DNA of 64,000 nucleotides from Clostridia bacterium (GCA_017414535.1 JAFQMA010000044.1:53125-117124); one strand, 5' to 3'. Counted from the first letter of the stretch, positions 25,164-34,349 are shown. Numbers and translations: made by a program. The notes: generated by a model from the sequence alone, not told the origin.

Positions 25164-25862
25164 TCAGGGACGACGGGGTCTTTCCATATAATCACGCAGT
25201 TTTTTCAGGGCGGCCTTTTCGATACGGGAAACGTAGGAGCGGGAAATACCGAGGCTTGCCGCCGTTTCCCGTTGGGTCAGGGGTCTGCGGCCGCCCAGCC
25301 CGTAGCGCTGGCAAAGAACTCTCTTCTCCCGCGGGGAAAGGCACGCTCGAATGGCTTCAAAGCACAGACGGGCACGGGCTTTTTCATAGATCACATCCAC
25401 CACGTTGTCCTCTACCTGCATCACGTCAAGAATGGTCAGCGGATTTCCGTCCTTATCCACGTCAATGGGCTCGGCCAGACTCACCTCGCCGCTATGCTTC
25501 TTTTTTGCACGGAAGTACATCAAAATCTCGTTTTGCACACATTTTCCCGCGTAGGTAGCGAAGCGGGTATTTTTTTCACAATCGAAGGAATCGATAGCCT
25601 TGATAAGCCCCACCGTTCCGATTGAAATCAGATCCTCCTGCTCGTTTTTGTCAGCGTCGTACTTTTTCACGATGTGAGCCACCAGTCGCAGGTTGCGCTC
25701 GATGAGTTCGGCGCGGGCCGAATCATTCCCCTGCTTCATTTTGATAAAAAGCTCCTTCTCCCGCCCAATGCCCGGCGGCTCGGGAAAGGCGCCGCTTCCC
25801 ATGACCCGAAGATAAAGAAAAATAAAATGGATGCCTGCCAGCGAGGCAAGTTGTAACAGCAT
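25164..25862 (-). CDS. sigK: sporulation sigma factor SigK (pro-sigma-K), uninterrupted
   Basis: AFPEPP..ELIERNLRLVAHIVKKY, DLISIGTVGLIKAIDSF and GISRSYVSRIEKAALKKL closely parallel B. subtilis SigK. AGGAGGAGGG Shine-Dalgarno before ATG 25862. Confidence 0.85.
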   Translation of the reverse strand: MLLQLASLAGIHFIFLYLRVMGSGAFPEPPGIGREKELFIKMKQGNDSARAELIERNLRLVAHIVKKYDADKNEQEDLISIGTVGLIKAIDSFDCEKNTRFATYAGKCVQNEILMYFRAKKKHSGEVSLAEPIDVDKDGNPLTILDVMQVEDNVVDVIYEKARARLCFEAIRACLSPREKRVLCQRYGLGGRRPLTQRETAASLGISRSYVSRIEKAALKKLRDYMERPRRP

Positions 25863-26013
25863 AGTCCCTCCTCCTTTTCTTCTCAAGCTTATGCGGAAAA
25901 GGAGCAAAAAAGACATCTTTCTCCGTTTTTTTGAGGCTCTTGCGGCGCAGGTCTTGATTTTGTACCCGATTCGTAGTAGAATAAAGACAGGAAAACGAAA
26001 AGGAATTCACGTT

Positions 26014-26901
26014 ATGTTGTATCCTGTCATCGATATCGGCTCCAATACGGTAAAGCTTGCCGTCTTGGATGAGGAAAAGATCTTTTCTTCCGTGCCGGTC
26101 TTATTTAAGGCTGTGCCTTTAAATCTGCGCTCAAAAATTGAAAACGGCATTCTGTCCGATACGGCTGTAAAAGAGCTGGGTGAGCTGATGGTCACCTTTC
26201 GCGACATGGCCGCACGGCTCACAAGCACCCCGCCCGTTGCTTTTGCCACGGCAAGCCTGCGCGGGGTGGAAAACGCTGAGGACGTCCTGGTTCACGTGCT
26301 ACGCGTCAGCGGCATTGAGGTGGAGATCGTCAGCGGCGAGGACGAGGCATACTACTCCTTTCTGGGAGCGAGGGGCAGCCATCGCGTGCGCTCAGGCGTA
26401 GTGGTGGATCTGGGCGGAGGCTCTACGGAGATCCTTGCCTTTCGCGGCGATCGGGTGGAAAAGGCCGTCTCACTCCCCTTCGGCTGCTTGACACTGTTTC
26501 ATCGATTCTTTGAGCGAAACGATCAGTACGAGCTCTGCTGCGTCTATATCCTGCGCACCGTACGCGCCATGGCACCTGCCATTCCCGGCAACAGCATTTT
26601 GCTGACGGGAGGAAGTGCTAAGGCCGTTCTCAAATACAAAAACTTTCTGGAGGATAAGCGTACGTTCACCTTGGGCACTCGCCAGATGCGTGCCGTAAGA
26701 AAGCATTACAAGGTCGGCGGTGAAAAGGAGCGGGAGAGGATCGCTTCCGTGCTGAAGGATCGCTTTCGGCTGATCCCGCCTGCCGTTGCCGTCTTTTTAC
26801 AGATCACGCGGTATTACAAAAAGGAGCAGGTCACAGTGTGTCGAGGCGGAGTTCGCGAGGGCTACCTGTACCACCGCTTACAGAAATTGAAAAAAATTTA
26901 A
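26014..26901 (+). CDS. Ppx/GppA-family phosphatase
   Basis: VIDIGSNTVKLAV and VVDLGGGSTE are ASKHA-fold phosphate-binding motifs. ATG 26014 is preferred over the longer ORF-track start, which overlaps the sigK 5' region. Confidence 0.8.
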   Translation: MLYPVIDIGSNTVKLAVLDEEKIFSSVPVLFKAVPLNLRSKIENGILSDTAVKELGELMVTFRDMAARLTSTPPVAFATASLRGVENAEDVLVHVLRVSGIEVEIVSGEDEAYYSFLGARGSHRVRSGVVVDLGGGSTEILAFRGDRVEKAVSLPFGCLTLFHRFFERNDQYELCCVYILRTVRAMAPAIPGNSILLTGGSAKAVLKYKNFLEDKRTFTLGTRQMRAVRKHYKVGGEKERERIASVLKDRFRLIPPAVAVFLQITRYYKKEQVTVCRGGVREGYLYHRLQKLKKI

Positions 26902-26909
26902 AAAAACAC

Positions 26910-26938
26910 TTGCATTTCTATTTTCGTTGTGGTATAAT
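26910..26938 (+). promoter_or_regulatory. sigma-A promoter with extended -10 upstream of rplS
   Basis: TTGCAT (26910..26915), 17-nt spacer, TGgTATAAT (26930..26938). Confidence 0.7.
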
Positions 26939-27055
26939 GCATCTCGTTATGGTATGAATGTATTTGCATTTGCAACCAAGCGGTCCTCTGCCGGCTTCAG
27001 CACGAACGCTTGCATTTATACTTAAATAATTTATTTTATTTAAGGAGGGCCCATC

Positions 27056-27397
27056 ATGGATATGATCAAGGCTTTTACAAACGAGCAGTTAAAGAAGGAG
27101 GTTCCCCAGTTCAACGTTGGTGACACCGTTCGCGTTCACAACAAGATCGTAGAAGGAACCAGAGAAAGAATCCAGCTGTTTGAAGGAACCGTTATCGCTA
27201 AGAAGAACGGCGGTATTTCCGAGACCTTTACCGTAAGAAGAGTTTCCTACGGCGTAGGTGTGGAGAAGACCTTCCCCCTCCACTCTCCCAGAGTTGAGAA
27301 GGTTGAAGTGATCCGTGCCGGTAAGGTTCGCAGAGCCAAGCTTTACTACCTGCGCGACAGAGTCGGTAAGGCCGCTAAGGTTAAGGAACTGATCTAA
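27056..27397 (+). CDS. rplS: 50S ribosomal protein L19
   Basis: [44 protein letters not shown] is canonical L19 sequence. Confidence 0.97.
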   Translation: MDMIKAFTNEQLKKEVPQFNVGDTVRVHNKIVEGTRERIQLFEGTVIAKKNGGISETFTVRRVSYGVGVEKTFPLHSPRVEKVEVIRAGKVRRAKLYYLRDRVGKAAKVKELI

Positions 27398-27450
27398 CAA
27401 ACAAGACCGAATTGCAAAAGTCACTTTGACAGCCACATTCGGACACAACG

Positions 27451-27484
27451 AGAGGGACTTTTCAGTCCCTCTCTTCGTTTTTTT
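27451..27484 (+). terminator. rho-independent terminator after rplS
   Basis: AGAGGGACT-tttc-AGTCCCTCT followed by a T-rich run. Confidence 0.8.
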
Positions 27485-27496
27485 GAAAGGATCGCC

Positions 27497-28330
27497 ATGG
27501 ACGACAAGAATTTGACTCCTGAAATTGAAAAGGAAAGCCCCGCTATGCCTCACCGCCGTGCCCTGCGTTCTCCCGACGCACTCTTTGCGGAGAAAACGGA
27601 GAACACGGCAGCGGAGCCCAAGGAAGAGGAAGCCGTTGCCTGCAAGGAGCCGCTGCAGGAAGTGGAGCAAGCAAGCCTTGCACCCGAAGAGGATGCGCTT
27701 TTTACTGTAGAAAGACGCCGCCCCGCAGAGGAGCTGATCGATAACGAGAACAAGGAAAAAACGGAGGAGATCGCTCTGTCCTCTCACGCCTCCGTTTTTG
27801 ACTGGATCAAATCCTTTCTGATCTCGCTGGCGGTAGTGATCTTCGTTTTCACGCTGATCTTCCGCGGGGTAACGGTAGACGGAGATTCCATGCTTCCCAC
27901 GCTGACAGACACCGAGTACCTCATCATTTCCGATCTGTTTTATACACCCGAGGCGGGCGATATCGTCGTTGTGCAGGCTCCCCACTTTAAGGGTGGCGCC
28001 GAGCCGATCATCAAGCGCATCATCGCTACGGAGGGGCAGACCGTCGAGATCAACTTTCGCACCTGGGAGGTCAGGGTCGACGGTGTTCTTCTTCAGGAGC
28101 CCTATATCCTCCGCGACGGTGGTTTTATGAATGCGGAAAGCATCCTTCCCGATGAAAACGGCATCGCGCAGATCGTGGTGCGGGAAAATTGCATCTTTAT
28201 CATGGGAGACAACAGAAACGACTCTCTTGACAGTCGCAGTGAGCTCATCGGACAGATCGACGAACGCTATATCATGGGCCGTGTTCTGGTCCGACTGACT
28301 CCCATTGACCGATTCGGAAAGGTGGAATAA
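27497..28330 (+). CDS. lepB: signal peptidase I with long acidic N-terminal extension
   Basis: GDSMLPT (Ser box), IIKRIIA (Lys box) and GDNRNDSLDSR. About 100 aa precede the TM helix. Confidence 0.9.
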   Translation: MDDKNLTPEIEKESPAMPHRRALRSPDALFAEKTENTAAEPKEEEAVACKEPLQEVEQASLAPEEDALFTVERRRPAEELIDNENKEKTEEIALSSHASVFDWIKSFLISLAVVIFVFTLIFRGVTVDGDSMLPTLTDTEYLIISDLFYTPEAGDIVVVQAPHFKGGAEPIIKRIIATEGQTVEINFRTWEVRVDGVLLQEPYILRDGGFMNAESILPDENGIAQIVVRENCIFIMGDNRNDSLDSRSELIGQIDERYIMGRVLVRLTPIDRFGKVE

Positions 28331-28332
28331 AG

Positions 28333-29205
28333 TTGCCCGGTAATATCATTCAATGGTTCCCCGGCCACATGGCGCAGACCCGCAGGGTCATGAAGGAAAG
28401 CCTTGGCAGTGTGGACCTGATCTTTGAGATCCTGGACGCCAGAATTCCCGCCAGCTCACGTAATCCGGAGATCGAAGCACTTTCTGAGGGAAAGAAGCGC
28501 GTGGTCATTTTAAACAAGGCCGACCTTGCAGATCCCACAGAAACGGAAAAGTGGCTGAAAAAGCTTCGCGAGGATGGCTGTGAGGCCGTGGCCGTAGATT
28601 CCAAAAGCGGCAAGGGCAAGGAGGAGATCCTTTCCCGTGCCAAGCAGCTCATGCGGGAAAAGCTGGAAAGAAACAGGGAAAAGGGCATGAGCCGCCCTCT
28701 GCGCGCCATGGTAGTGGGTATTCCCAACGTGGGAAAGAGCACCCTCATCAACCGCTTTGCGGGAAGGGTTGCCGCCAAGGCGGAAAACAGACCCGGTGTG
28801 ACCCGAAACAAGCAATGGGTGCGCGCGGGCAAGGAGCTGGAGCTGCTGGATATGCCCGGTGTGCTTTGGCCGAAATTCGAGGACGTGGCAACGGGAGAGA
28901 ACCTTGCCATGACAGGTGCCATCAAGGACACCATTTTACAAAGCGAAGAGGTAGCCGTTCTCCTCTGCGGAAGACTGAAGGATCGCTACCCTGCCCTCTT
29001 CGCCGCTCGCTATAAGCTCAGCGATGAGCACATGGAGCTGGAGCCCTACGAGCTGTTTTTGGCCGTAGGCAAAAAGCGCGGCTTTCTCGTCAGCGGCGGT
29101 GAGGTGGCCGAAGATCGCTGCGCCGCCGTACTGCTGGAGGAATTCCGTTCGGGACTGATCGGTCGGATCACCCTGGAGGAGGTGCCTTGTGGACCTTCTG
29201 TTTGA
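28333..29205 (+). CDS. rbgA: ribosome biogenesis GTPase A (YlqF/RbgA)
   Basis: IQWFPGHMAQTRR, NKADL and GIPNVGKSTLIN in circularly permuted order. TTG start preceded by AAGGTGGA. Confidence 0.92.
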   Translation: MPGNIIQWFPGHMAQTRRVMKESLGSVDLIFEILDARIPASSRNPEIEALSEGKKRVVILNKADLADPTETEKWLKKLREDGCEAVAVDSKSGKGKEEILSRAKQLMREKLERNREKGMSRPLRAMVVGIPNVGKSTLINRFAGRVAAKAENRPGVTRNKQWVRAGKELELLDMPGVLWPKFEDVATGENLAMTGAIKDTILQSEEVAVLLCGRLKDRYPALFAARYKLSDEHMELEPYELFLAVGKKRGFLVSGGEVAEDRCAAVLLEEFRSGLIGRITLEEVPCGPSV

Positions 29206-29788
29206 AAAAAGCCTGATCCCCGCAAGGCTGTCTCCCGTTTGCGGACTGGACGAGGCAGGCCGCGGGCCGCTGGCTGGTCCCGTTTTTGCGGGCGCTGTGA
29301 TCCTGCCCGAGGGCTACGTTCCCGAGGGGTTGAACGATTCAAAAAAGCTATCGGAGAAAAAGCGCGAGGCTCTCTTTGAGGAGATCACGAAAAACGCCGT
29401 GGCCTGGGCCTTCGGCACCGCCTCTCCCGAGGAGATCGATGAAATCAATATTTTAAACGCCAGCATGCTTGCCATGCGCCGCGCCGTGGAGGCGCTCTAT
29501 CTCCCCCCTGCCTTTCTGCTGGTAGACGGGAACGTGGTACGTGGCTTTGAGCAGCCTGCCGTCAGCGTGATCAAGGGGGACGCCAAGTGTCCGAGCATCG
29601 CCGCAGCTTCTATTATTGCCAAGGTTCTGCGTGACAGGGACTGCCTCCGTCTGGACAAGGAATATCCCGGGTATGGCTTTGCCGCTCACAAGGGGTATCC
29701 CACCAAAGCGCATTTTGCCGCCATTGAGGCCAACGGCGTTTTGCCTATTCACAGAAAAAGCTTTTTGGTGAAGCGAGGCCTGGCATGA
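29189..29788 (+). CDS. rnhB: ribonuclease HII
   Basis: CGLDEAGRGPLAGPVFAGAV and DSKKLS motifs. GTG start preceded by GGAGGAGG. Confidence 0.92.
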   Translation: MDLLFEKSLIPARLSPVCGLDEAGRGPLAGPVFAGAVILPEGYVPEGLNDSKKLSEKKREALFEEITKNAVAWAFGTASPEEIDEINILNASMLAMRRAVEALYLPPAFLLVDGNVVRGFEQPAVSVIKGDAKCPSIAAASIIAKVLRDRDCLRLDKEYPGYGFAAHKGYPTKAHFAAIEANGVLPIHRKSFLVKRGLA

Positions 29789-30165
29789 CCTTTCGCCACC
29801 TTGGACAGCGCGGCGAATATCTGGCGCGGGTCTTTTTGGAGAAGAAAGGCATGGAATTTGTCCGTGCCAATTTCAGCAGACGGGGCGGTGAGATCGATCT
29901 CATTATGCTTGACGGCGACGACGTGGTCTTCGTAGAGGTCAAGACCCGCCGCTATTCCACCGCCGCACGGTTCGGCAGAGGCGCGGAGCGCATTGACGAA
30001 AGAAAAAGACACAACATTCTGCGCACCTCCTCAAGATTTTTATGGGAGGAGCGGGAGCTCTGCGAGGGAAAAACGCCCCGCTACGACGCGGTAGAGATCT
30101 ATTTGGAGGATCTTGAATCCCGTCGCGTGCATATTTTGCATACTCCCTGTGCTTTCGGGCTTTGA
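29785..30165 (+). CDS. yraN: YraN-family endonuclease (UPF0102)
   Basis: GEYLARVFLEKKGMEFVRANFSRRGGEIDLIM...VFVEVKTRR. Conserved position after rnhB. Confidence 0.88.
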   Translation: MTFRHLGQRGEYLARVFLEKKGMEFVRANFSRRGGEIDLIMLDGDDVVFVEVKTRRYSTAARFGRGAERIDERKRHNILRTSSRFLWEERELCEGKTPRYDAVEIYLEDLESRRVHILHTPCAFGL

Positions 30166-30172
30166 AGAAAAG

Positions 30173-30198
30173 AAAAAAGCCCCTTACGGGGCTTTTTC
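30173..30198. terminator. bidirectional terminator
   Basis: AGCCCC-ttac-GGGGCT, flanked by an A-run and a T-run. Confidence 0.75.
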
Positions 30199-30385
30199 AG
30201 CGATTTTTCGGGCGGAAGGTGCCGCAAATGGTATCGATGCCTGCCGTGGCGTAGCTGGGTCCCACACTGATGCGCTCTGCCGTACAGTAGGAGCTCATAT
30301 CGTTATAGACACAGTTTTTGACGTTGCAGGTGATGCCCTTAATGTGCTGAGGAATATCGCTTTTATCCAAGGTAATGCCTTGCAT
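30197..30385 (-). CDS. DUF1540 domain protein
   Basis: 62 aa with a duplicated Cys pattern, ITCNVKNCVYNDMSSYCTAERISV ... ICGTFRPK, typical of DUF1540. Confidence 0.7.
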   Translation of the reverse strand: MQGITLDKSDIPQHIKGITCNVKNCVYNDMSSYCTAERISVGPSYATAGIDTICGTFRPKNR

Positions 30386-30448
30386 GATCCCACTTCCTTT
30401 CTTTTTTGTTAGTATCTCTCATTAATCCGATTTTATACGAAAGGGGAA

Positions 30449-31174
30449 TTGAACATGGCACTGTTTGCACTTTCCGATCCGCATCTTTCCCTTTCGGGGG
30501 ATAAGCCCATGGACGTATTCGGCGGCGCTTGGTTCAATTTTGAAGAACGCCTGAAGGAATACTGGACCGACCGCGTGGGAGAGGACGACACGGTGGTGAT
30601 TCCCGGTGATATTTCCTGGGGCATGACGCTGGAGGAGGCCAAGGAGGACCTTCTGTTTTTGCACCGTTTGCCCGGGAAAAAGATTCTGATGAAGGGAAAC
30701 CACGATTATTGGTGGTCCTCTCTTGCAAAGCTTTCCTCCTTTTGCGAGGAGAACGGCCTTGAGGATCTTACTTTTCTGCAGAACGACGCCGTTTTTACCC
30801 AGGGAAGGATCGTTTGCGGCACCCGAGGCTGGATGTGCGAGGACAAAATGCAGGAGCAGGACCTGAAGATCCTGAGACGGGAAGCCATGCGTCTGGACAT
30901 GTCCCTGAAAAAAGCCGAGGTGCTGGCCGATACCGAGGAAGAAAAAACAGGGCTACGCCCTGAGATCATTGCCTTCTTCCATTATCCCGTGATCAGCATG
31001 GGACTGCGAGAGAATCCCCTTCTGGAGAGGCTTCTGCAGAGCGAGGTCAAACGGATCTATTACGGCCATCTGCACAACGCGGGAAGCCTGCCGCTGACGG
31101 AGGAAAGGGACGGCCTGACCTTTACTCTCATTTCCGCAGACTATATTCACTTTACCCCAATCCTTATTGATTGA
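30449..31174 (+). CDS. metallophosphoesterase
   Basis: LSDPHLS, IPGDISW and GNHDYWW calcineurin-like phosphoesterase motifs. Confidence 0.85.
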   Translation: MNMALFALSDPHLSLSGDKPMDVFGGAWFNFEERLKEYWTDRVGEDDTVVIPGDISWGMTLEEAKEDLLFLHRLPGKKILMKGNHDYWWSSLAKLSSFCEENGLEDLTFLQNDAVFTQGRIVCGTRGWMCEDKMQEQDLKILRREAMRLDMSLKKAEVLADTEEEKTGLRPEIIAFFHYPVISMGLRENPLLERLLQSEVKRIYYGHLHNAGSLPLTEERDGLTFTLISADYIHFTPILID

Positions 31175-31202
31175 GAAGCTCGCTTTGCGGGCTTCTTTTT
31201 TT
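31175..31202 (+). terminator. rho-independent terminator
   Basis: GAAGCTCGC-ttt-GCGGGCTTC (one G-U pair) followed by TTTTTTT. Confidence 0.7.
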
Positions 31203-31261
31203 CGGTCTTTTTTCTCCCCTTCCCTCATAGGATGAAGAAAGAGCATGAAAGGAACGGGAAA

Positions 31262-32167
31262 ATGAAGGGACTGAAAAAGCATTTGGAGCTATACCCCGCA
31301 CGCATTCGGTCGGCACTTCTGCGCTTTCAAAATTGGGAGAGCGTCAGTGAAATCCGTCTGCGGCGGGGTCTTCCTTTATCCCTGACGCATTTTGGAGGGA
31401 ATCTGTTTTTGGACGAAGCGGGACGCTCCTGCGGGATAGAAAACGCTCTTAAGGCAAGCGGGGAGGAGATCGCATATTTTGCGGCGTCCTTCTGTAAGGG
31501 AAGCGTATACCGCTATTTTGACGGGCTTCGGGAGGGCTATGCCGTGGATGAAGACGGATATCGCTTGGGACTGTGCCCGGACGGCATGACGGGCGAACGG
31601 CTTGCCACGGAATTTGCGGGAGCCAATCTGCGTATTCCCCGCCTCGTAGCGGGAGCGGCAAGGGAGCTTTTAACTTTCTTTGAAAACAGGCCGCTTGCCT
31701 CCACCATCATCCTCTCTCCGCCCGGTGGCGGAAAAACGACTCTGTTGCGTGATCTCGCCCTGAGCCTTTCCCGCGGCAGTGCAATTCGATCGCCCCTACG
31801 AGTAGCCGTGATCGATCCGCGACGGGAGCTGATGCCTGCGGGACACGCTCTTGAGGGAGGGCTTTGTGACGTGGTAGCGGGGATGGATAAGGCGAACGGG
31901 ATCGAGATCGCCCTGCGGCTTCTTTCTCCGCAGGTGATCCTTTGCGACGAGATCGGCTCCCCGGAGGAGGCGGATGCCATGGGCAGGATCGGACGGGGCG
32001 GCTGTCTCGTATTTGCCTCTGCACACGGTGCCTCCAAGGAGGAAATGCTGTCAAGGCCGAGCCTCGCAGGGCTATGTCGAGAGGGAGTCTTTTCTTACAT
32101 CGCTACCCTGACTCCACAGCCGGGTACACGTTATCGCGCCATCCTTTCCGTGGAGTGCGTTTCATGA
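31262..32167 (+). CDS. spoIIIAA: stage III sporulation protein AA (ATPase)
   Basis: Walker A SPPGGGKTTLLRDL. First gene of an eight-gene spoIIIA operon. AAAGGA Shine-Dalgarno before ATG 31262. Confidence 0.88.
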   Translation: MKGLKKHLELYPARIRSALLRFQNWESVSEIRLRRGLPLSLTHFGGNLFLDEAGRSCGIENALKASGEEIAYFAASFCKGSVYRYFDGLREGYAVDEDGYRLGLCPDGMTGERLATEFAGANLRIPRLVAGAARELLTFFENRPLASTIILSPPGGGKTTLLRDLALSLSRGSAIRSPLRVAVIDPRRELMPAGHALEGGLCDVVAGMDKANGIEIALRLLSPQVILCDEIGSPEEADAMGRIGRGGCLVFASAHGASKEEMLSRPSLAGLCREGVFSYIATLTPQPGTRYRAILSVECVS

Positions 32168-32661
32168 AGGGCGTGGGAATGGCACTGGTTACGACCGCCT
32201 TGATTCTGGCAGGCTTTTTTGCCGCAGAGCTCAGGCGTCGGCAAAGCAAGATAAGGCACGGTTTCCTTTCTTTACTGGAAGAAATGTATTTTCAGATCGA
32301 GCATTTTTCCACAGAGCAGGAACGACTCTTTGCGCAACTTTCCATTAAGGAGCTGGAGCGCAATTTTCTGCCCTTGCTGAGAGAGGAATTGGCAAAGGAT
32401 CCCGTTTTAGCCTGGAAACGGGCCCTTGACCGCTTTGATAAAAAAGGCCTTTTTTCTCCCCGAGAGGAGGAAGGACTTCTGAGCCTTGGCGAGCACTTCG
32501 GTCTGCTTTCCAAAAAGCGTCAGCTGGAGGAGCTCGACGTTGCCATAGATCTTATGAAGGGCTGTGTGGCAAAAGATGAAAAAAGTCTGCAAACGGATCT
32601 GCGGCTCTATCGGATGCTTGGATTTACGGCGGGACTCGGCTTTTTGATCTTAGAGATGTAA
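32164..32661 (+). CDS. spoIIIAB: stage III sporulation protein AB
   Basis: Its ATG overlaps the spoIIIAA stop. N-terminal TM helix, about 165 aa, at the operon position expected for SpoIIIAB. Confidence 0.8.
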   Translation: MKGVGMALVTTALILAGFFAAELRRRQSKIRHGFLSLLEEMYFQIEHFSTEQERLFAQLSIKELERNFLPLLREELAKDPVLAWKRALDRFDKKGLFSPREEEGLLSLGEHFGLLSKKRQLEELDVAIDLMKGCVAKDEKSLQTDLRLYRMLGFTAGLGFLILEM

Positions 32662-32674
32662 AAAGGAGGATGGC

Positions 32675-32869
32675 ATGGATATTTCTCTACTGCTTAAGAT
32701 CGCAGGGGTTGGTATACTGGTAAGCATTCTCTGCCAAGTGCTGAAGAGCAGTGGCAAGGACGAGCAGGCAAGCTACGTCACGCTGGGCGGGATCATTGCG
32801 GTACTGCTCCTTTTGGTAGGTGAGATCGCAAAGCTGATCCAGACGGTGCGCAGCACCTTCGGCATATGA
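32675..32869 (+). CDS. spoIIIAC: stage III sporulation protein AC
   Basis: 64-aa two-TM protein, LLKIAGVGILVSILCQVLKSSGKDEQA, matching the SpoIIIAC pattern. Confidence 0.88.
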   Translation: MDISLLLKIAGVGILVSILCQVLKSSGKDEQASYVTLGGIIAVLLLLVGEIAKLIQTVRSTFGI

Positions 32870-33252
32870 CAGCGCTGATCGCACTCTCCGCCTTTGCGCT
32901 GGTCACTGTTTTTCTTTTAAAGAGCGTGGGGGAGCTTTCTCCCAAATTTCGTATTTTGATCTGCGCGGGGGCGGCGGTGATCTTTTTTCGCAGCATTCTG
33001 TCCTTCCTGTCGCCCCTTTACTCCACCTTTACCTCCCTATCCGAAAAAACGGCTTTTGCCCCCTATCTTTCTCTTTTACTGAAGGGAGCAGGGCTGGGAC
33101 TGCTTACAGAGGTCTCTGCCTCCTTTTGTCGAGAGCTGGGAGAGGAGGGTGTCGCAGGAAAGCTGGAGGCGGTGGGAAAGGCGGCGATCCTTGCCCTGAG
33201 CCTTCCCCTGGTCGGCGAGATCGCACGCCTTGTGGGAGAGTTGACGGAATGA
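32866..33252 (+). CDS. spoIIIAD: stage III sporulation protein AD
   Basis: 128-aa polytopic membrane protein. Start overlaps the spoIIIAC stop. Operon position. Confidence 0.85.
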   Translation: MTALIALSAFALVTVFLLKSVGELSPKFRILICAGAAVIFFRSILSFLSPLYSTFTSLSEKTAFAPYLSLLLKGAGLGLLTEVSASFCRELGEEGVAGKLEAVGKAAILALSLPLVGEIARLVGELTE

Positions 33253-34349
33253 AAAAGCGCTTTCTTTCCCTTTTCGCGGCACTCCTATTTCTTCCTTTGC
33301 TTTCTTTTTCCGTCAGTGCGGAGGAGCTGATACCGCAGATCGAGGAATTTGCGGGAACGGAGGCCATATACGATGCGGTATCCAAAGAGGACGGAGAGGC
33401 GGCGAAAAGGCTTCTATCCGATACAAGTCCCACCTCTCTCCTCTCTTTTTTGTGGGAGGCACTGCTCCCCGGTGTGCAACGTACGGTCCCCTTCTTCCTA
33501 CACCTGGTGGCTATGATCCTTGTGGCAACGCTGATTCGAGCCGGGACTGCCTCCTTCGGCGGGAAAACGGTAGGAGGAGCAATGGAGCTGATCCTTGCGA
33601 CCGTCTTTTTCCTGAGCACTTATCCTTCTCTTGCGGAGGGGATCGAGCTTTGCGGCGACAGTCTTTCCGGGCTGACGGGCGTGATGACGGCCGGACTTCC
33701 CGCCATGGCGACTCTCAGCACGATGGCAGGAAACGTAAGCAGTGCCACCCTTCAGGCAACTTCTCTTTCCTTTTTCGTTACGGGCGCGGGAGCAATCTAT
33801 TCCTCTGTGCTTTTTCCCGCCGTCAGAGCTCTCTTTGCGCTGTTTTGTGCCGGAACCATAGGTAGGGGCTCTGTCTCTCCTCTGTTCCGCTTCGGAAAAA
33901 GAGCCGTAAAGCGTGCCGTGGTGCTGGGCTTTACCCTTCTCGCCGCCATGCTGGGTCTGAGAAACGCGCTGGCGCTGTCCCAAGATACTCTGGCCATGCG
34001 ATCGGTGCGCTTTGCAGCGGGAAATTTCATCCCCGTAGTGGGTCCTCTTGTAGGTGAAAATGCAAGAGCACTGGCGGCAGCGCTGGGGGCTGTCAAGACT
34101 CATTGCGGCATTGCGGTGATCCTTTTGATCCTGCTTCTTTGCCTGCCATGCATCATCAGCCTGTGGTGCAAGAAAGCGGCCTTATCACTGGCGGCGGCAG
34201 TAGCGGAGATGCTGGGGGAGGACAGATTTTCGGGAATGCTGGAGGGGCTCGGCGAGCTTTTCGATCTGCTTTTGGCGTTAGCCGTAGCCCAGGGGGTATT
34301 CTTTATTTTTTACGTTGCACTGTTTTTGAAGGGGGGCGGCATAGGATGA
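33249..34349 (+). CDS. spoIIIAE: stage III sporulation protein AE
   Basis: Signal peptide MKKRFLSLFAALLFLPLLSFSVSA followed by a polytopic membrane domain. Operon position. Confidence 0.85.
   Translation: MKKRFLSLFAALLFLPLLSFSVSAEELIPQIEEFAGTEAIYDAVSKEDGEAAKRLLSDTSPTSLLSFLWEALLPGVQRTVPFFLHLVAMILVATLIRAGTASFGGKTVGGAMELILATVFFLSTYPSLAEGIELCGDSLSGLTGVMTAGLPAMATLSTMAGNVSSATLQATSLSFFVTGAGAIYSSVLFPAVRALFALFCAGTIGRGSVSPLFRFGKRAVKRAVVLGFTLLAAMLGLRNALALSQDTLAMRSVRFAAGNFIPVVGPLVGENARALAAALGAVKTHCGIAVILLILLLCLPCIISLWCKKAALSLAAAVAEMLGEDRFSGMLEGLGELFDLLLALAVAQGVFFIFYVALFLKGGGIG

Noticed and set aside
25085-25625. Plus-strand ORFs (157 and 166 aa) overlapping sigK, and the N-terminal extension of sigK to 25916.
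   Set aside because: They are antisense to a sigma factor with unmistakable region 2 and 4 motifs. ATG 25862 has an AGGAGGAGGG Shine-Dalgarno, whereas the extension (MSFLLLFRISLRRKGGGT) has none.
25831-26013. Longer ORF-track start for the Ppx/GppA gene (25831), and similarly extended starts for spoIIIAB, AE, AF and AG, yabO, yabP, yabQ, ftsZ, coaD and the DUF5685-like gene.
   Set aside because: The extensions overlap upstream genes or promoters and lack Shine-Dalgarno sequences. Internal ATGs with good Shine-Dalgarno sequences coincide with the conserved N-termini of the respective families.
31203-31261. A possible sigma-E-type promoter (TCATA … CATGAAAG) upstream of spoIIIAA.
   Set aside because: The spacing would put the TSS on top of the Shine-Dalgarno and start codon, and the match to the consensus is weak. 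It cannot be supported from sequence alone.
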